DNA of 64,000 bases from Acholeplasma sp. (GTDB lineage: Bacteria; Bacillota_I; Bacilli_A; Acholeplasmatales; UBA5453), in assembly GCA_036677365.1 (NCBI GenBank), contig JAVBWN010000031.1, forward strand, positions 1 to 64,000. Direction: 5' to 3'. The notes below the pieces were generated by a model, which was not told the DNA's origin, ran no database searches, and saw only the letters and a program-made list of their open reading frames with translations. Shown here piece after piece: positions 20,466-29,956 of the stretch. The position numbers and the translations under genes are program-made. Numbering within the stretch: the first letter of the stretch is position 1; each line of letters begins with the position of its first letter.

Positions 20466-20738
20466 TTAGTTTCCTCTTTCCATAAATATAGTCATTTCAA
20501 ACATGTGTAATAAGCCCAAATATTAAAATTGATATTAACACATGAACGAATGGACTTAATTTAATTAGATCATGATTTAATGTATATGTCAAGATCATGG
20601 ATTAATAAAAAAATCAAGCATTCGCATGATTTTTTTTAATGTAATGGCTTTTTATTTTTTATAGGCTTATGATGGTAATTATAAACTTAAATCGAAATCA
20701 GTTTGTTTAGAAGAAAACTTAGATTATATTACTTCATA

Positions 20739-21698
20739 TCAGGATATTAGAGATTGATAGAACTTAGTAATATAATGGTGTTCTAATGATAATAAGAGTT
20801 CTTCTTTTTGATTTGAATCATGAATTAGTTCTAATAGTTTTTGATTGCGTTCTTCTAACTTCTGAATATAACTATCTTTAGGTGGTTTATTTGATTTGGA
20901 GCTATTATTCGATTTTGAAGTGATAACCAAATTCCATAAGTCATCTGAATACATATAAGACCAAGGAATAAAATGATCGACTGAAATTTCTTCAATTGAA
21001 ATAACTTCATCGGTATAGAAATCTCTGATTTCATCCTTATATAGTAACAGTAATATGTCTTTATATTTAGAAAGGTTATTACGCTTTACCTTATTATCTG
21101 ACGAGCCCTTGACCTTGGAAACAATGCGTGGCTGTGTATTGTATTTTTCTAAAAGTTGTGCCCACTTATAATTAAATAGTTGAATCAATACTTCACTGTA
21201 TGCTTTCAATGAACTCGATTGTTCTAATGTCATTTCGATGTATTTTTGTTTTTTATTTAGTTGATAAATGGCTAATGATTCTTTGTCTAAAATCATGAAT
21301 CGCCAAGAAACATCTACTTTTAATACACTAGATATCTTTTGGACGGTTTTCTCGATAATTGCAGCATCGATATCAGTGATGGCTTTATCAAACCATACGG
21401 GAATATTGGATACTTGTGTTTTGTAAATTTCAATCAATTCACTGGTCAACTGAACAACAATCGGTGGATGCTCATAACTAGCACTTTGTTTTAAATTGAA
21501 AAAGAAGGTTTGATTCCAGTAATACTTAAGCATGTTCTTAGCGATTGAATCAAATGAAATTCTATAATTGAATTCGATTTCGAATCCTTCATTGCATGAG
21601 ACACATTCGATGATGGCTCTGCCCCATGCTAATTTATAGGTGTTATCGTTAGACATCCCATTTAAGATATCAAACCATTGTTTAATATAGGTATCCAT
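20739..21698 (-). CDS. HNH endonuclease with N-terminal helical (NTYKLAW...YYW) domain
   Basis: VDHFIPWSY...DDLWNLV...NNSSKSN HNH motif. Confidence 0.85.
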   Translation of the reverse strand: MDTYIKQWFDILNGMSNDNTYKLAWGRAIIECVSCNEGFEIEFNYRISFDSIAKNMLKYYWNQTFFFNLKQSASYEHPPIVVQLTSELIEIYKTQVSNIPVWFDKAITDIDAAIIEKTVQKISSVLKVDVSWRFMILDKESLAIYQLNKKQKYIEMTLEQSSSLKAYSEVLIQLFNYKWAQLLEKYNTQPRIVSKVKGSSDNKVKRNNLSKYKDILLLLYKDEIRDFYTDEVISIEEISVDHFIPWSYMYSDDLWNLVITSKSNNSSKSNKPPKDSYIQKLEERNQKLLELIHDSNQKEELLLSLEHHYITKFYQSLIS

Positions 21699-22063
21699 CA
21701 GTAACTCATCTTTCCAGGAATGACGCCTCTAATACCACCACGTGGTTGGGGGGTATCCCCATGATAACGTGGAATCAAATGTAGATGTAGATGCATAATC
21801 GTTTGACCAGCCGCCTCACCGTTATTGATTCCGATATTGTAACCATCTGGATGAAATTCCTTATCCAATTTTGATTTCACATACATCAAAGCTCCATCGA
21901 TTGATTGTTTTTCCTCTATTGTTAAATCAAAGTAGTTTGACACATGCCTTTTAGTGATGATGAGTGTATGACCGGGATTCACTGGAAATCCATCATATAT
22001 GGCATAAACAAAAGTATTTTGATAGATGATTTTAAGATCATTTTGATTACAAAATAGACACAT
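21698..22063 (-). CDS. HIT family nucleotide hydrolase
   Basis: MCLFC, FPVNPGHTLII, GQTIMHLHLHLIPR; AGGAGG RBS before 22063; TGATG overlap with HNH gene. Confidence 0.92.
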   Translation of the reverse strand: MCLFCNQNDLKIIYQNTFVYAIYDGFPVNPGHTLIITKRHVSNYFDLTIEEKQSIDGALMYVKSKLDKEFHPDGYNIGINNGEAAGQTIMHLHLHLIPRYHGDTPQPRGGIRGVIPGKMSY

Positions 22064-22170
22064 AAAGAATAGCCTCCTAGAATTCACTTCTACTTAAATT
22101 ATACCTTTTTTGATAACAAAAACTATATTTATTTAGATGATTCATTATATGCGTCGAATTCTGTAAAAAA

Positions 22171-22209
22171 TAAACTCAGCATCTACATGTAAAAGGTGCT
22201 GAGTATTTG
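22171..22209 (-). terminator. Intrinsic terminator
   Basis: ACTCAGCATC...GGTGCTGAGT inverted repeat with adjacent A tract. Confidence 0.6.
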
Positions 22210-22215
22210 TATGTT

Positions 22216-24306
22216 TTAATACTTTTTAAATGTCTCCTGAACGATAAAGTAGGATTGCTTTAAACGTTCGTGGTAAGTAGGGTATTCCCAATTATCCCAT
22301 GTGAAAGGGTTCAATGTCATACTTGAACCATTTGACCCAACCCCGATATAAATACTTTCAAAGGCTTCACCAGTGAAGACATTGTCACCTTTAAAGTTTG
22401 ACATTCTAGTCTTGGTTGAAGGGTCCATGATATTGAGTAATAAATAAGGAATACGAATTTCAATATACTGATCGTTTCGATAATAGTCCGCTAAGGAATT
22501 ATAGTCTTCATGATTTGGATCTGATATACCTTCAATCAAGAAACCCGCTTCATATTTAGAAAACGGAATCACTTCATTGGTCCCTGGTATGTGTAATTGC
22601 TTAGATAATGCATGATACATCCCTGTGAATAAACCACTATTGATGGTATACATACCTTCTGGTTTATCTACCATATCTAAAACATCCCCATACAAATGAC
22701 TGAATGCGTCATAATAAGGGTCCACTTGGATACGTGATTCATTGCTGATGGATATTAAGAAATCAGCATCTCTGTTAAAGGATAAGTTCGCTGCTGTGTA
22801 AGAAAGATTGCCTTGATTTGGGATGGTATCGATACCGATATAAATGGTATCTTCTGAAATCGATTCTAATTCTACCAATAAATAGATATACCTTTCATCT
22901 TGGGTTGCTTTGAGTTTTAAATCCGTGGTAGAGAGGTAGGGTATCTCTACCCAATCGTTCACCTTACCATCGAGTTTTATCTTTAAAGTTTCATCCGGTT
23001 CAAAGGTCAATAAACCAAACATTTGTTCATTGGTTTCAACATTGCTCCAAAAAGGTCTTTGCCACTCCAGGTCAAAATCCATCGTATTCCACGTGCGTTT
23101 AAACCATTCATCTTGCCACGCAAAGATGAGTGCACCCACACTCCCTGAGGCGTGGATATCATGCACCATAGAAGCAATCATTTTACCTTGTTCTTTTTCG
23201 GTGTGTCTGCCTTGATTAAATCCAGAATACCGCGCATCGTGGGCTTTCCCACGAGAAGACGGCACACCAAATTCTGCGACCAAAACAGGCATGCTATGGA
23301 AATCATTTAAATCATCTAAATACGCACGGTACGTGTTAATGGGGTCATATTTATCGATATATGCTTCTGAAAAATTCATGAATTCTGGGTAATATGGATA
23401 CACATGGTAAGACGCGTATTGTCCAGCAAAAGCTTTTTTTGTGGTTTTGATGTGTTCAACATTGACCACTGCCATATCTTCTTTCGGGTCTGGTTCATTG
23501 GGGTGTGTCAACGGGTCTGTGGTTAACCAATTGGTGAAAGATACCGGTCGGGTAGTACTGTATTTTTCTGCTTCATAAGACAAAATCGTATCGCCTACTT
23601 GAGCCAAAAAGGCTTCAAATGGCGATGCATTTTCCGTATATAAGAAATTGCCTTCATAGTGGTTTAGGGTTGGGTGTAATTGGTTGGTATTCATCACGAA
23701 GGATGGGTCCCATTCAACACCTAAAATCCAACCAATGATGTACTTAGAAACGTCATATGAATAATGACCACTGGCGAACCCGGGTCTTGGGTTTAAGGTT
23801 TTGTTACCATGGAAGATATCGACTAAATCTTTGCCATCAGAGATGAATTCATCTAAAAGATGGTTATCTTCAGCATATGGGTCATGAATCGATTTAATCT
23901 TATCTTCATTGAGCCATAAACCATGCATCACATAAAGCTTTTTACTGCTTCTTTCATTGAATTCATACAAGGCTTCATAAAAAGCTGGTGTCATGGTGGT
24001 GTATACGCGAATCGTATTCGCGTTCATTTCAGAGATTTGAACAAACCATCTCAAATATTCGATTTTTGTGATGGCGAGTTCACCGGGAAAGTATCCTGGT
24101 TTGGTCGCGCCAACATTCACGCCTTTAATAAAAGACTTTTGAAGTTTTTTGCCCGTATAGATATAAAAATCCCCATCGTGGATGAGTGCCGATGTGGAAA
24201 GTCCTTGTTGTTGGTGGCTAAGTTTTGGTTTTAATAAAGTCACGATTGAGATTACGATACTTGTAACCATCACAATCAAAATCAATCCAATCCAAATTTT
24301 CTTCAT
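22216..24306 (-). CDS. Membrane-anchored glycoside hydrolase-like TIM-barrel protein (GH2-like / clan GH-A)
   Basis: N-terminal TM; NTIRVYT, ASYHVYPYYP, PVLVAEFGVPSS, FAWQDEW motifs. Confidence 0.6.
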   Translation of the reverse strand: MKKIWIGLILIVMVTSIVISIVTLLKPKLSHQQQGLSTSALIHDGDFYIYTGKKLQKSFIKGVNVGATKPGYFPGELAITKIEYLRWFVQISEMNANTIRVYTTMTPAFYEALYEFNERSSKKLYVMHGLWLNEDKIKSIHDPYAEDNHLLDEFISDGKDLVDIFHGNKTLNPRPGFASGHYSYDVSKYIIGWILGVEWDPSFVMNTNQLHPTLNHYEGNFLYTENASPFEAFLAQVGDTILSYEAEKYSTTRPVSFTNWLTTDPLTHPNEPDPKEDMAVVNVEHIKTTKKAFAGQYASYHVYPYYPEFMNFSEAYIDKYDPINTYRAYLDDLNDFHSMPVLVAEFGVPSSRGKAHDARYSGFNQGRHTEKEQGKMIASMVHDIHASGSVGALIFAWQDEWFKRTWNTMDFDLEWQRPFWSNVETNEQMFGLLTFEPDETLKIKLDGKVNDWVEIPYLSTTDLKLKATQDERYIYLLVELESISEDTIYIGIDTIPNQGNLSYTAANLSFNRDADFLISISNESRIQVDPYYDAFSHLYGDVLDMVDKPEGMYTINSGLFTGMYHALSKQLHIPGTNEVIPFSKYEAGFLIEGISDPNHEDYNSLADYYRNDQYIEIRIPYLLLNIMDPSTKTRMSNFKGDNVFTGEAFESIYIGVGSNGSSMTLNPFTWDNWEYPTYHERLKQSYFIVQETFKKY

Positions 24307-24421
24307 ACAGAGTCCTCATGTTACATTATACAAGAAATATGGTTTTAAGTCTTTGGATATGTTAGTAATTCATCATCGATAATCACTAAAAATAACAAAA
24401 AAGAGATTTCGATGTGAAATC

Positions 24422-24748
24422 TCATTTTTTTAAGAATGTTTCTAAGATTTGGGTGATTTCTAAAAACTGTGCTTTTTTCTCATTGAGATAAGCCTTACCC
24501 GTATTTGTAATAGAATAATATTTACGCTTGACAGGTGCATTCGTTTCCACCCAATAAGAAACGATATGATTGGCCTGTTCTAGTCGCTTAAAAGCGGTGT
24601 ACAGGGTAGCTTCTGTCAACACGAATTTATCTTGTGTACGCTTTGATATGATCTGATTGATTTGATAACCATACGAATCTGATTCTTCAAGGATCGATAA
24701 AATGATGGCGTCCGTATGACCGCGCAATGTATCACCAAATAAGTCCAT
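24422..24748 (-). CDS. PadR family transcriptional regulator
   Basis: DSYGYQI, EATLYTAFKRLE, KRKYYSITNTG. Confidence 0.9.
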   Translation of the reverse strand: MDLFGDTLRGHTDAIILSILEESDSYGYQINQIISKRTQDKFVLTEATLYTAFKRLEQANHIVSYWVETNAPVKRKYYSITNTGKAYLNEKKAQFLEITQILETFLKK

Positions 24749-24780
24749 AATGCTCCCCCCTTTACCAATTACAGGTACTT

Positions 24781-25977
24781 TTAATTTTTTGACCGGTTAT
24801 ATATATATTGTACACCTACAACCAAATAATATAATGCACTGAGTAAGGCAGGAATCAAAATGAACACTGATGCCATACCTGAGTATGAAGTGATTATGGA
24901 TCTCTGATTCATCATTATGTCAAAGATCCATGCAATGAAGAATAATACGATATAAGATTGGAAAATAAGGTGTTTTGACTTTTTGTATTTGAGTACCAAA
25001 ACATAAGTTATCGCAACCCAAAGGTATCCAATGATCATGATCATGGCTGGTATGAATTCATAACTTAATAGTCTAAATGTCATAAACAACTGCCTACCCT
25101 CAATCATATCAGGTACATTATTGACAACACGTTCGTAGGAGACGTAAGTCAATAAATAGATACCGACAGACCCTAATCCGAAAACATAGGATAAAAACAA
25201 TCGTAAATCTCGTCTTTGAGGAATTTCCATATTTTGAATGAACTCGTAAGATGATTTGATTTTTCCCTTCAGTTCCTTTTCACCCGTCAATAAGTAGTAT
25301 TTTACCTTTAAACGATGATAGAGGTGTTCACTGAGAATCATCAATACGACGAATGAAACAGCAAATGCGATGATAGAGATGGCGACAAACATTTGAATCG
25401 TTGCTTGAATACGATTTAAATCCGGGTTGATACTTAATTTCATCATCAAAACGATCCAATTAGAAATCATTTGAATCAGTAACGATATCAAATAAGCAAT
25501 ATTTATACTCCAAAAGAAAAACGATGTTTTCATATAAGTGAAAATGCGCTTCAAATAGTGATTGTGCAACTCGATGTCTAATTCTTTAGATTTAACCACC
25601 ATGGCTTTTGAGTATAAATAATACCCACCAACGGCATACAAGGCGATGGAGATGGCTGTGAGTACACCTCCGACCACACCATTGAGTAAAATCAGTATGA
25701 ATGCGAATATCGCGAGAATCGCTGATACTGGCAATAAATACTCTGGTAACCCAGGTAATACGGATGTTTCATCGTCTGAATCCATCGATGGCGCGTTAAA
25801 ATCACCCATCGATTTTACTGCACTCAAATAAGCTTCTTGTTCACTTAAACCCGAGTCGATTGCAGCATCATATCGGTCACAAAGGTTCCCAATAATCTCT
25901 TCTTTTAAAGACTCAAGTCCATCTCTTTTGTCAAATCTAAAATAATGATTAACGTACTGCTCTATTTTACCTTTCAT
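24781..25977 (-). CDS. Multi-TM membrane protein with N-terminal permease-prefix (HAAS-like) domain
   Basis: LKEEIIGNLCDRY...GLSEQEAY...SMGD then many TM helices; GGAGG RBS before 25977. Confidence 0.75.
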   Translation of the reverse strand: MKGKIEQYVNHYFRFDKRDGLESLKEEIIGNLCDRYDAAIDSGLSEQEAYLSAVKSMGDFNAPSMDSDDETSVLPGLPEYLLPVSAILAIFAFILILLNGVVGGVLTAISIALYAVGGYYLYSKAMVVKSKELDIELHNHYLKRIFTYMKTSFFFWSINIAYLISLLIQMISNWIVLMMKLSINPDLNRIQATIQMFVAISIIAFAVSFVVLMILSEHLYHRLKVKYYLLTGEKELKGKIKSSYEFIQNMEIPQRRDLRLFLSYVFGLGSVGIYLLTYVSYERVVNNVPDMIEGRQLFMTFRLLSYEFIPAMIMIIGYLWVAITYVLVLKYKKSKHLIFQSYIVLFFIAWIFDIMMNQRSIITSYSGMASVFILIPALLSALYYLVVGVQYIYNRSKN

Positions 25978-25986
25978 GTTTCCTCC

Positions 25987-26047
25987 ATACCTAATCTGTT
26001 TATGTATAAAGGATAACATCAATATACCTAATCTGTCAAGGTATATT
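25987..26047 (-). promoter_or_regulatory. Sigma-70 promoter with two candidate PadR operators
   Basis: AATATACCT-N9-AGGTATATT over the TTGACA -35; second copy ATACCT-N9-ATGTAT beside the RBS. Confidence 0.55.
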
Positions 26048-26086
26048 TTGCTCAAAAAAAAACACACACCCCTTGGTGTATGTTTT

Positions 26087-27631
26087 TTATCGAATAAATT
26101 GTTCTTTCTTTTTCACGTAATCAATGATGGCTTGCGTATACTTCGCACTCGTTTCTGACTTCATTGTGTACATGTCTGCGTCTGCAATTTTGATTAATTC
26201 ATAGATTAAAGTACTACCCGTTTCATCATAGGCTGTACCAATCGAAACACTGATGCTTTCTAATAAATCTTTGTGTTCACATAACTCAATGATTTGAGCC
26301 TTCAATGCATTTAATATTTTTGGATTCGTATTTGGGATTAAAATCAAAAACTCATCTCCACCAATTCTGGCGATTTCTTTTTTATCTACGGTAGACATGG
26401 CTAGCTTCATTTTATTCGATACTGCCTTTAATAAGTAATCGCCACGCTCATGGCCTAAATAGTCATTATTGACTTTTAAACCATTGAGGTCTAAAGATAT
26501 GATGCCTAGCTTCGGTTGATTATTATAAGTCTTTAATTTGTTTTCAATATAATTACGGTTGTTTAACCCCGTCATCGCGTCAAAATTCGAGAGTTGATTG
26601 AGTTCTCTTAAGAGTTTGAATACTTGGGTTTCATCGTATAAAAGAATCATAAACCCATAGTGGTTTTTTTGAATATAGAATTTGCGTTCTCTAACGTGGT
26701 AATGGTCTTTATTTTGTGTGACATCGACATCGATTTCATAGTTACGATAAAATACGATTTGGTCTTTTAAACCCTCATATAAAGCATCGAGTTTTTTACC
26801 GACATACTCGGCTGGTTTGACCCCGTATTTGGTTGAAAGTAATTCACTGAACTCAACGATTCTTTTATCGGCATCGGTTAAGATATAGAGTTCTCTCATA
26901 TTCGATAGGATTTTACCACGACCACTGGTGAGTAGGTTAAAGATCATATCGTTGGTATATATGACTCGATATAGAATGAACGTTCCAAATGCTAAGGATA
27001 TATACGTCAAATCAATGTCGGTATCGATGTATAAAAACTCCAACAAATTTAGGATCAGTACAACGATGACCGCGACGGTAATCGTTTTGGTCACGGCTTC
27101 GTAACTTCGTATGGTGTCTTTCTTTTTAATCACGTAATAGAATAGAGCGATGATGGCAAATAACATCACTGAATACGAAAATATCAGATGATAAATGTAT
27201 AATGGCCCTTTACTTGAAAAATATAGGTCAGAAAATGAGGTCATTTCAGATAAACTGAGTTGAACAAACCAACCTGTTGATGGATTGGTAAAAGCCAAAA
27301 CCACTTCTGTAAGCCCCAATAACATCAATATCGCCAAAACTATTTTTGGTAATTTTTCTTCCACATAATCATAAATGGTACATAGAGAAAATACCATCAC
27401 CATGAACTTCATGGGGTAACCGAGTAGATGGGCATGGTAAACAATGAATGGGACGGAGGAAATGCGTTCAACGAAGATGAGTACAGTCCAAATGAAGGTC
27501 GTGAGCATCAATAACTTTAAACAACGGTATTTTTCTTCACGACTGCTTTTGAATAAATTCACCACAGGGATGAATGACATAAATCCAACCATAACCATTA
27601 TAATTAATAAAAATTCATGCATAATCATCAC
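26087..27631 (-). CDS. Diguanylate cyclase with N-terminal 7TM sensor domain
   Basis: DAMTGLNNR, DLNGLKVNND..GHERGD, RIGGDEF, ADADMY; about 7 TM helices N-terminally; exact start uncertain. Confidence 0.9.
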   Translation of the reverse strand: MMIMHEFLLIIMVMVGFMSFIPVVNLFKSSREEKYRCLKLLMLTTFIWTVLIFVERISSVPFIVYHAHLLGYPMKFMVMVFSLCTIYDYVEEKLPKIVLAILMLLGLTEVVLAFTNPSTGWFVQLSLSEMTSFSDLYFSSKGPLYIYHLIFSYSVMLFAIIALFYYVIKKKDTIRSYEAVTKTITVAVIVVLILNLLEFLYIDTDIDLTYISLAFGTFILYRVIYTNDMIFNLLTSGRGKILSNMRELYILTDADKRIVEFSELLSTKYGVKPAEYVGKKLDALYEGLKDQIVFYRNYEIDVDVTQNKDHYHVRERKFYIQKNHYGFMILLYDETQVFKLLRELNQLSNFDAMTGLNNRNYIENKLKTYNNQPKLGIISLDLNGLKVNNDYLGHERGDYLLKAVSNKMKLAMSTVDKKEIARIGGDEFLILIPNTNPKILNALKAQIIELCEHKDLLESISVSIGTAYDETGSTLIYELIKIADADMYTMKSETSAKYTQAIIDYVKKKEQFIR

Positions 27632-27879
27632 CCACTTATATAAACATTATACCAAAAATTTGAGATTCAAACTTTAAGGACAATTATATATACGTTTTTC
27701 ATGTTATGTACCATAATACCCGACATTTTTGGAAATATTACAAACAAAATACATACTTTTCCTTATCATTACCTAAAGAATGCGTATCATTTTGTGTAAA
27801 CACTTTATCACGGTATACTGTGGTTGAAAAGGTAATCTACTGATTATTACCTTAAATAGAAATATTATAGGAGGGCATT

Positions 27880-28962
27880 ATGTTATTCGATGTATATGAT
27901 CCACTCAAGAAAAAAATGTTTCAAATATTGGATCAAGAAGGGGTTGTCGTCAATTCAAAAGACGAACCTGAGATTCCTAAAGATGTATTACTCAAAATGT
28001 ATCAAACCATGACTTTAGGCCGTATCGCTGACTTAAAAGCGGTCCAATTCCAAAGACAAGGTCGTTTGCTTACATACGCACCCAACGTCGGTCAAGAAGC
28101 GGCCCAAATCGGTCCGATGGCCGCGTCTACTGACCGTGACTGGTTGGTGCTCGCATTCCGTGAATTCAACGCGATGCTTTATAAGGGTGTTACCTTGGAA
28201 CAATACTTCTTGTATTGGTTTGGTAATGAACAAGGCTCCCATTTTAACGAAGGTGTGAAAGTCTTACCGGTCAACATCCCGATTGGTTCACAAATCTCAC
28301 ACGCGGCTGGTTTAGCGTACGCTGCGAAAATCCAAAAGAAAGATGAAGTTGCTTTTGTTTATATTGGTGATGGGGGTACTTCTCATGGAGAGTTCCACGA
28401 AGGTTTAAACTTTGGCGCGGTTTATAGCGCACCAATGATTGTCATCATCCAAAATAACCAATGGGCCATTTCTACCCCACGTTCTAAAGCGACCAAAGCC
28501 GAAACCCTCGCTCAAAAAGCGATTGCGTATGGTATCCCTGGCATTCAAGTCGATGGTAACGACGTTTTAGCGATGTACGTGGCTGCTCAAGAAGCCATCA
28601 AACTCGCGAAATCTGGTAAAGGCCCAGTGCTCATTGAAGCGGTCACTTACCGTATCGGTGCGCATACCACCTCAGACAATCCGAAGATTTATCGTTCGGA
28701 TGAAGAGGTCGAAGCGTGGGCACAAAAAGACCCACTCAAGCGTTTTAGAAATTACTTGCTCAACAAAGGTATCATCACAGAAGATTCGGATGCGAAACTC
28801 AATGAAACATACAATCAATTGGTATTGGATACCTTTAAAAAAGTGGAAGACAGTGGTTTCGAGACTTTAGAAGAGGTCTTCGAGCATACCTATGAAAAAC
28901 TCACCCCACAACTCAAAGAACAATACGAACTACTCAAAAAACAAGCGGAGGTTCTAGAATAA
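27880..28962 (+). CDS. pdhA: Pyruvate dehydrogenase E1 alpha
   Basis: QRQGR, GQEAAQ, TPP motif GDGGTS...NNQWAIS, YRIGAHTTSD. Confidence 0.95.
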   Translation: MLFDVYDPLKKKMFQILDQEGVVVNSKDEPEIPKDVLLKMYQTMTLGRIADLKAVQFQRQGRLLTYAPNVGQEAAQIGPMAASTDRDWLVLAFREFNAMLYKGVTLEQYFLYWFGNEQGSHFNEGVKVLPVNIPIGSQISHAAGLAYAAKIQKKDEVAFVYIGDGGTSHGEFHEGLNFGAVYSAPMIVIIQNNQWAISTPRSKATKAETLAQKAIAYGIPGIQVDGNDVLAMYVAAQEAIKLAKSGKGPVLIEAVTYRIGAHTTSDNPKIYRSDEEVEAWAQKDPLKRFRNYLLNKGIITEDSDAKLNETYNQLVLDTFKKVEDSGFETLEEVFEHTYEKLTPQLKEQYELLKKQAEVLE

Positions 28963-28963
28963 T

Positions 28964-29947
28964 ATGGCCATCATCAATCTATTAGAAGCCGTGAATAAGG
29001 CTTTAGAAACTGAAATGCAAAAAGACCCCACCGTCGTTGTTTACGGTGAAGATGCCGGTTTTGAAGGTGGCGTCTTCAGAGCAACCGCTGGTTTACAAGC
29101 CCAATTTGGTGTTGATCGTGTCTTTGATACACCCATCGCGGAAGGGGCCATCGTTGGTTCTGCTGTCGGGATGGCCATCAATGGCTTAAAACCGGTGGTT
29201 GAATTACAATTCTCAGGCTTCATGTTCCCTGGGTTCAACCAAATCACAACCCATGTTGCGCGTTATCGCAACCGTTCTCGAAGTAAATACAACCTACCCA
29301 TGGTCATCCGGATGCCCTATGGGGGTGGCGTTAAAGCCTTAGAACACCACTCAGAAAGCTTAGATACCTTATTCGCTCATATCCCAGGGTTAAAATTAGT
29401 CATTCCTTCGACCCCATATGACGCTTTAGGTTTGTTAAGAAGTGCGTTAAGAGACCCAGACCCTGTCATTTTCATGGAACCAAAACGCATTTACCGAGCG
29501 TTTAAACAAGAGGTCCCAGATACCGATTATGTTGTACCGCTTGGTAAAGCTAAAATTGTCAAAGAAGGTACCGATGTTACTGTGGTTGCTTGGGGTGCCA
29601 TGGTGCGTGAAGTCGAAGCTGGCTTAGCACTCTTGAAAGATGACAACATCTCTGTTGAACTGATTGACTTAAGAACCATCGCGCCATTTGACGTGGAAAC
29701 CATCGTGAACTCGGTGAAAAAGACCGGTCGTTTACTCGTGGTTCATGAAGCGGTGAAGTCCTTTGGACCTGGGGCGGAAATCATTTCTGTGGTCAATGAA
29801 AAGGCATTTTATCACTTAGAAGCCGCACCGAGACGTTTAACAGCGCCAGACATCACCGTACCACTACCGCGCGGCGAACACCACTTTATGATTCATCCAA
29901 AACAAATCGCAGCTGAAATCAAATCGCTTTTTTCAGTGAAAGCGTAG
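28964..29947 (+). CDS. pdhB: Pyruvate dehydrogenase E1 beta
   Basis: GGVFRAT, DTPIAE, EHHSES, IDLRTI. Confidence 0.95.
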   Translation: MAIINLLEAVNKALETEMQKDPTVVVYGEDAGFEGGVFRATAGLQAQFGVDRVFDTPIAEGAIVGSAVGMAINGLKPVVELQFSGFMFPGFNQITTHVARYRNRSRSKYNLPMVIRMPYGGGVKALEHHSESLDTLFAHIPGLKLVIPSTPYDALGLLRSALRDPDPVIFMEPKRIYRAFKQEVPDTDYVVPLGKAKIVKEGTDVTVVAWGAMVREVEAGLALLKDDNISVELIDLRTIAPFDVETIVNSVKKTGRLLVVHEAVKSFGPGAEIISVVNEKAFYHLEAAPRRLTAPDITVPLPRGEHHFMIHPKQIAAEIKSLFSVKA

Positions 29948-29956
29948 GAGGTCACT

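Noticed and set aside
20739..21698. HNH gene as a Cas9 fragment or IscB
   Set aside because: No RuvC motifs or bridge helix; similarity is limited to the generic HNH motif
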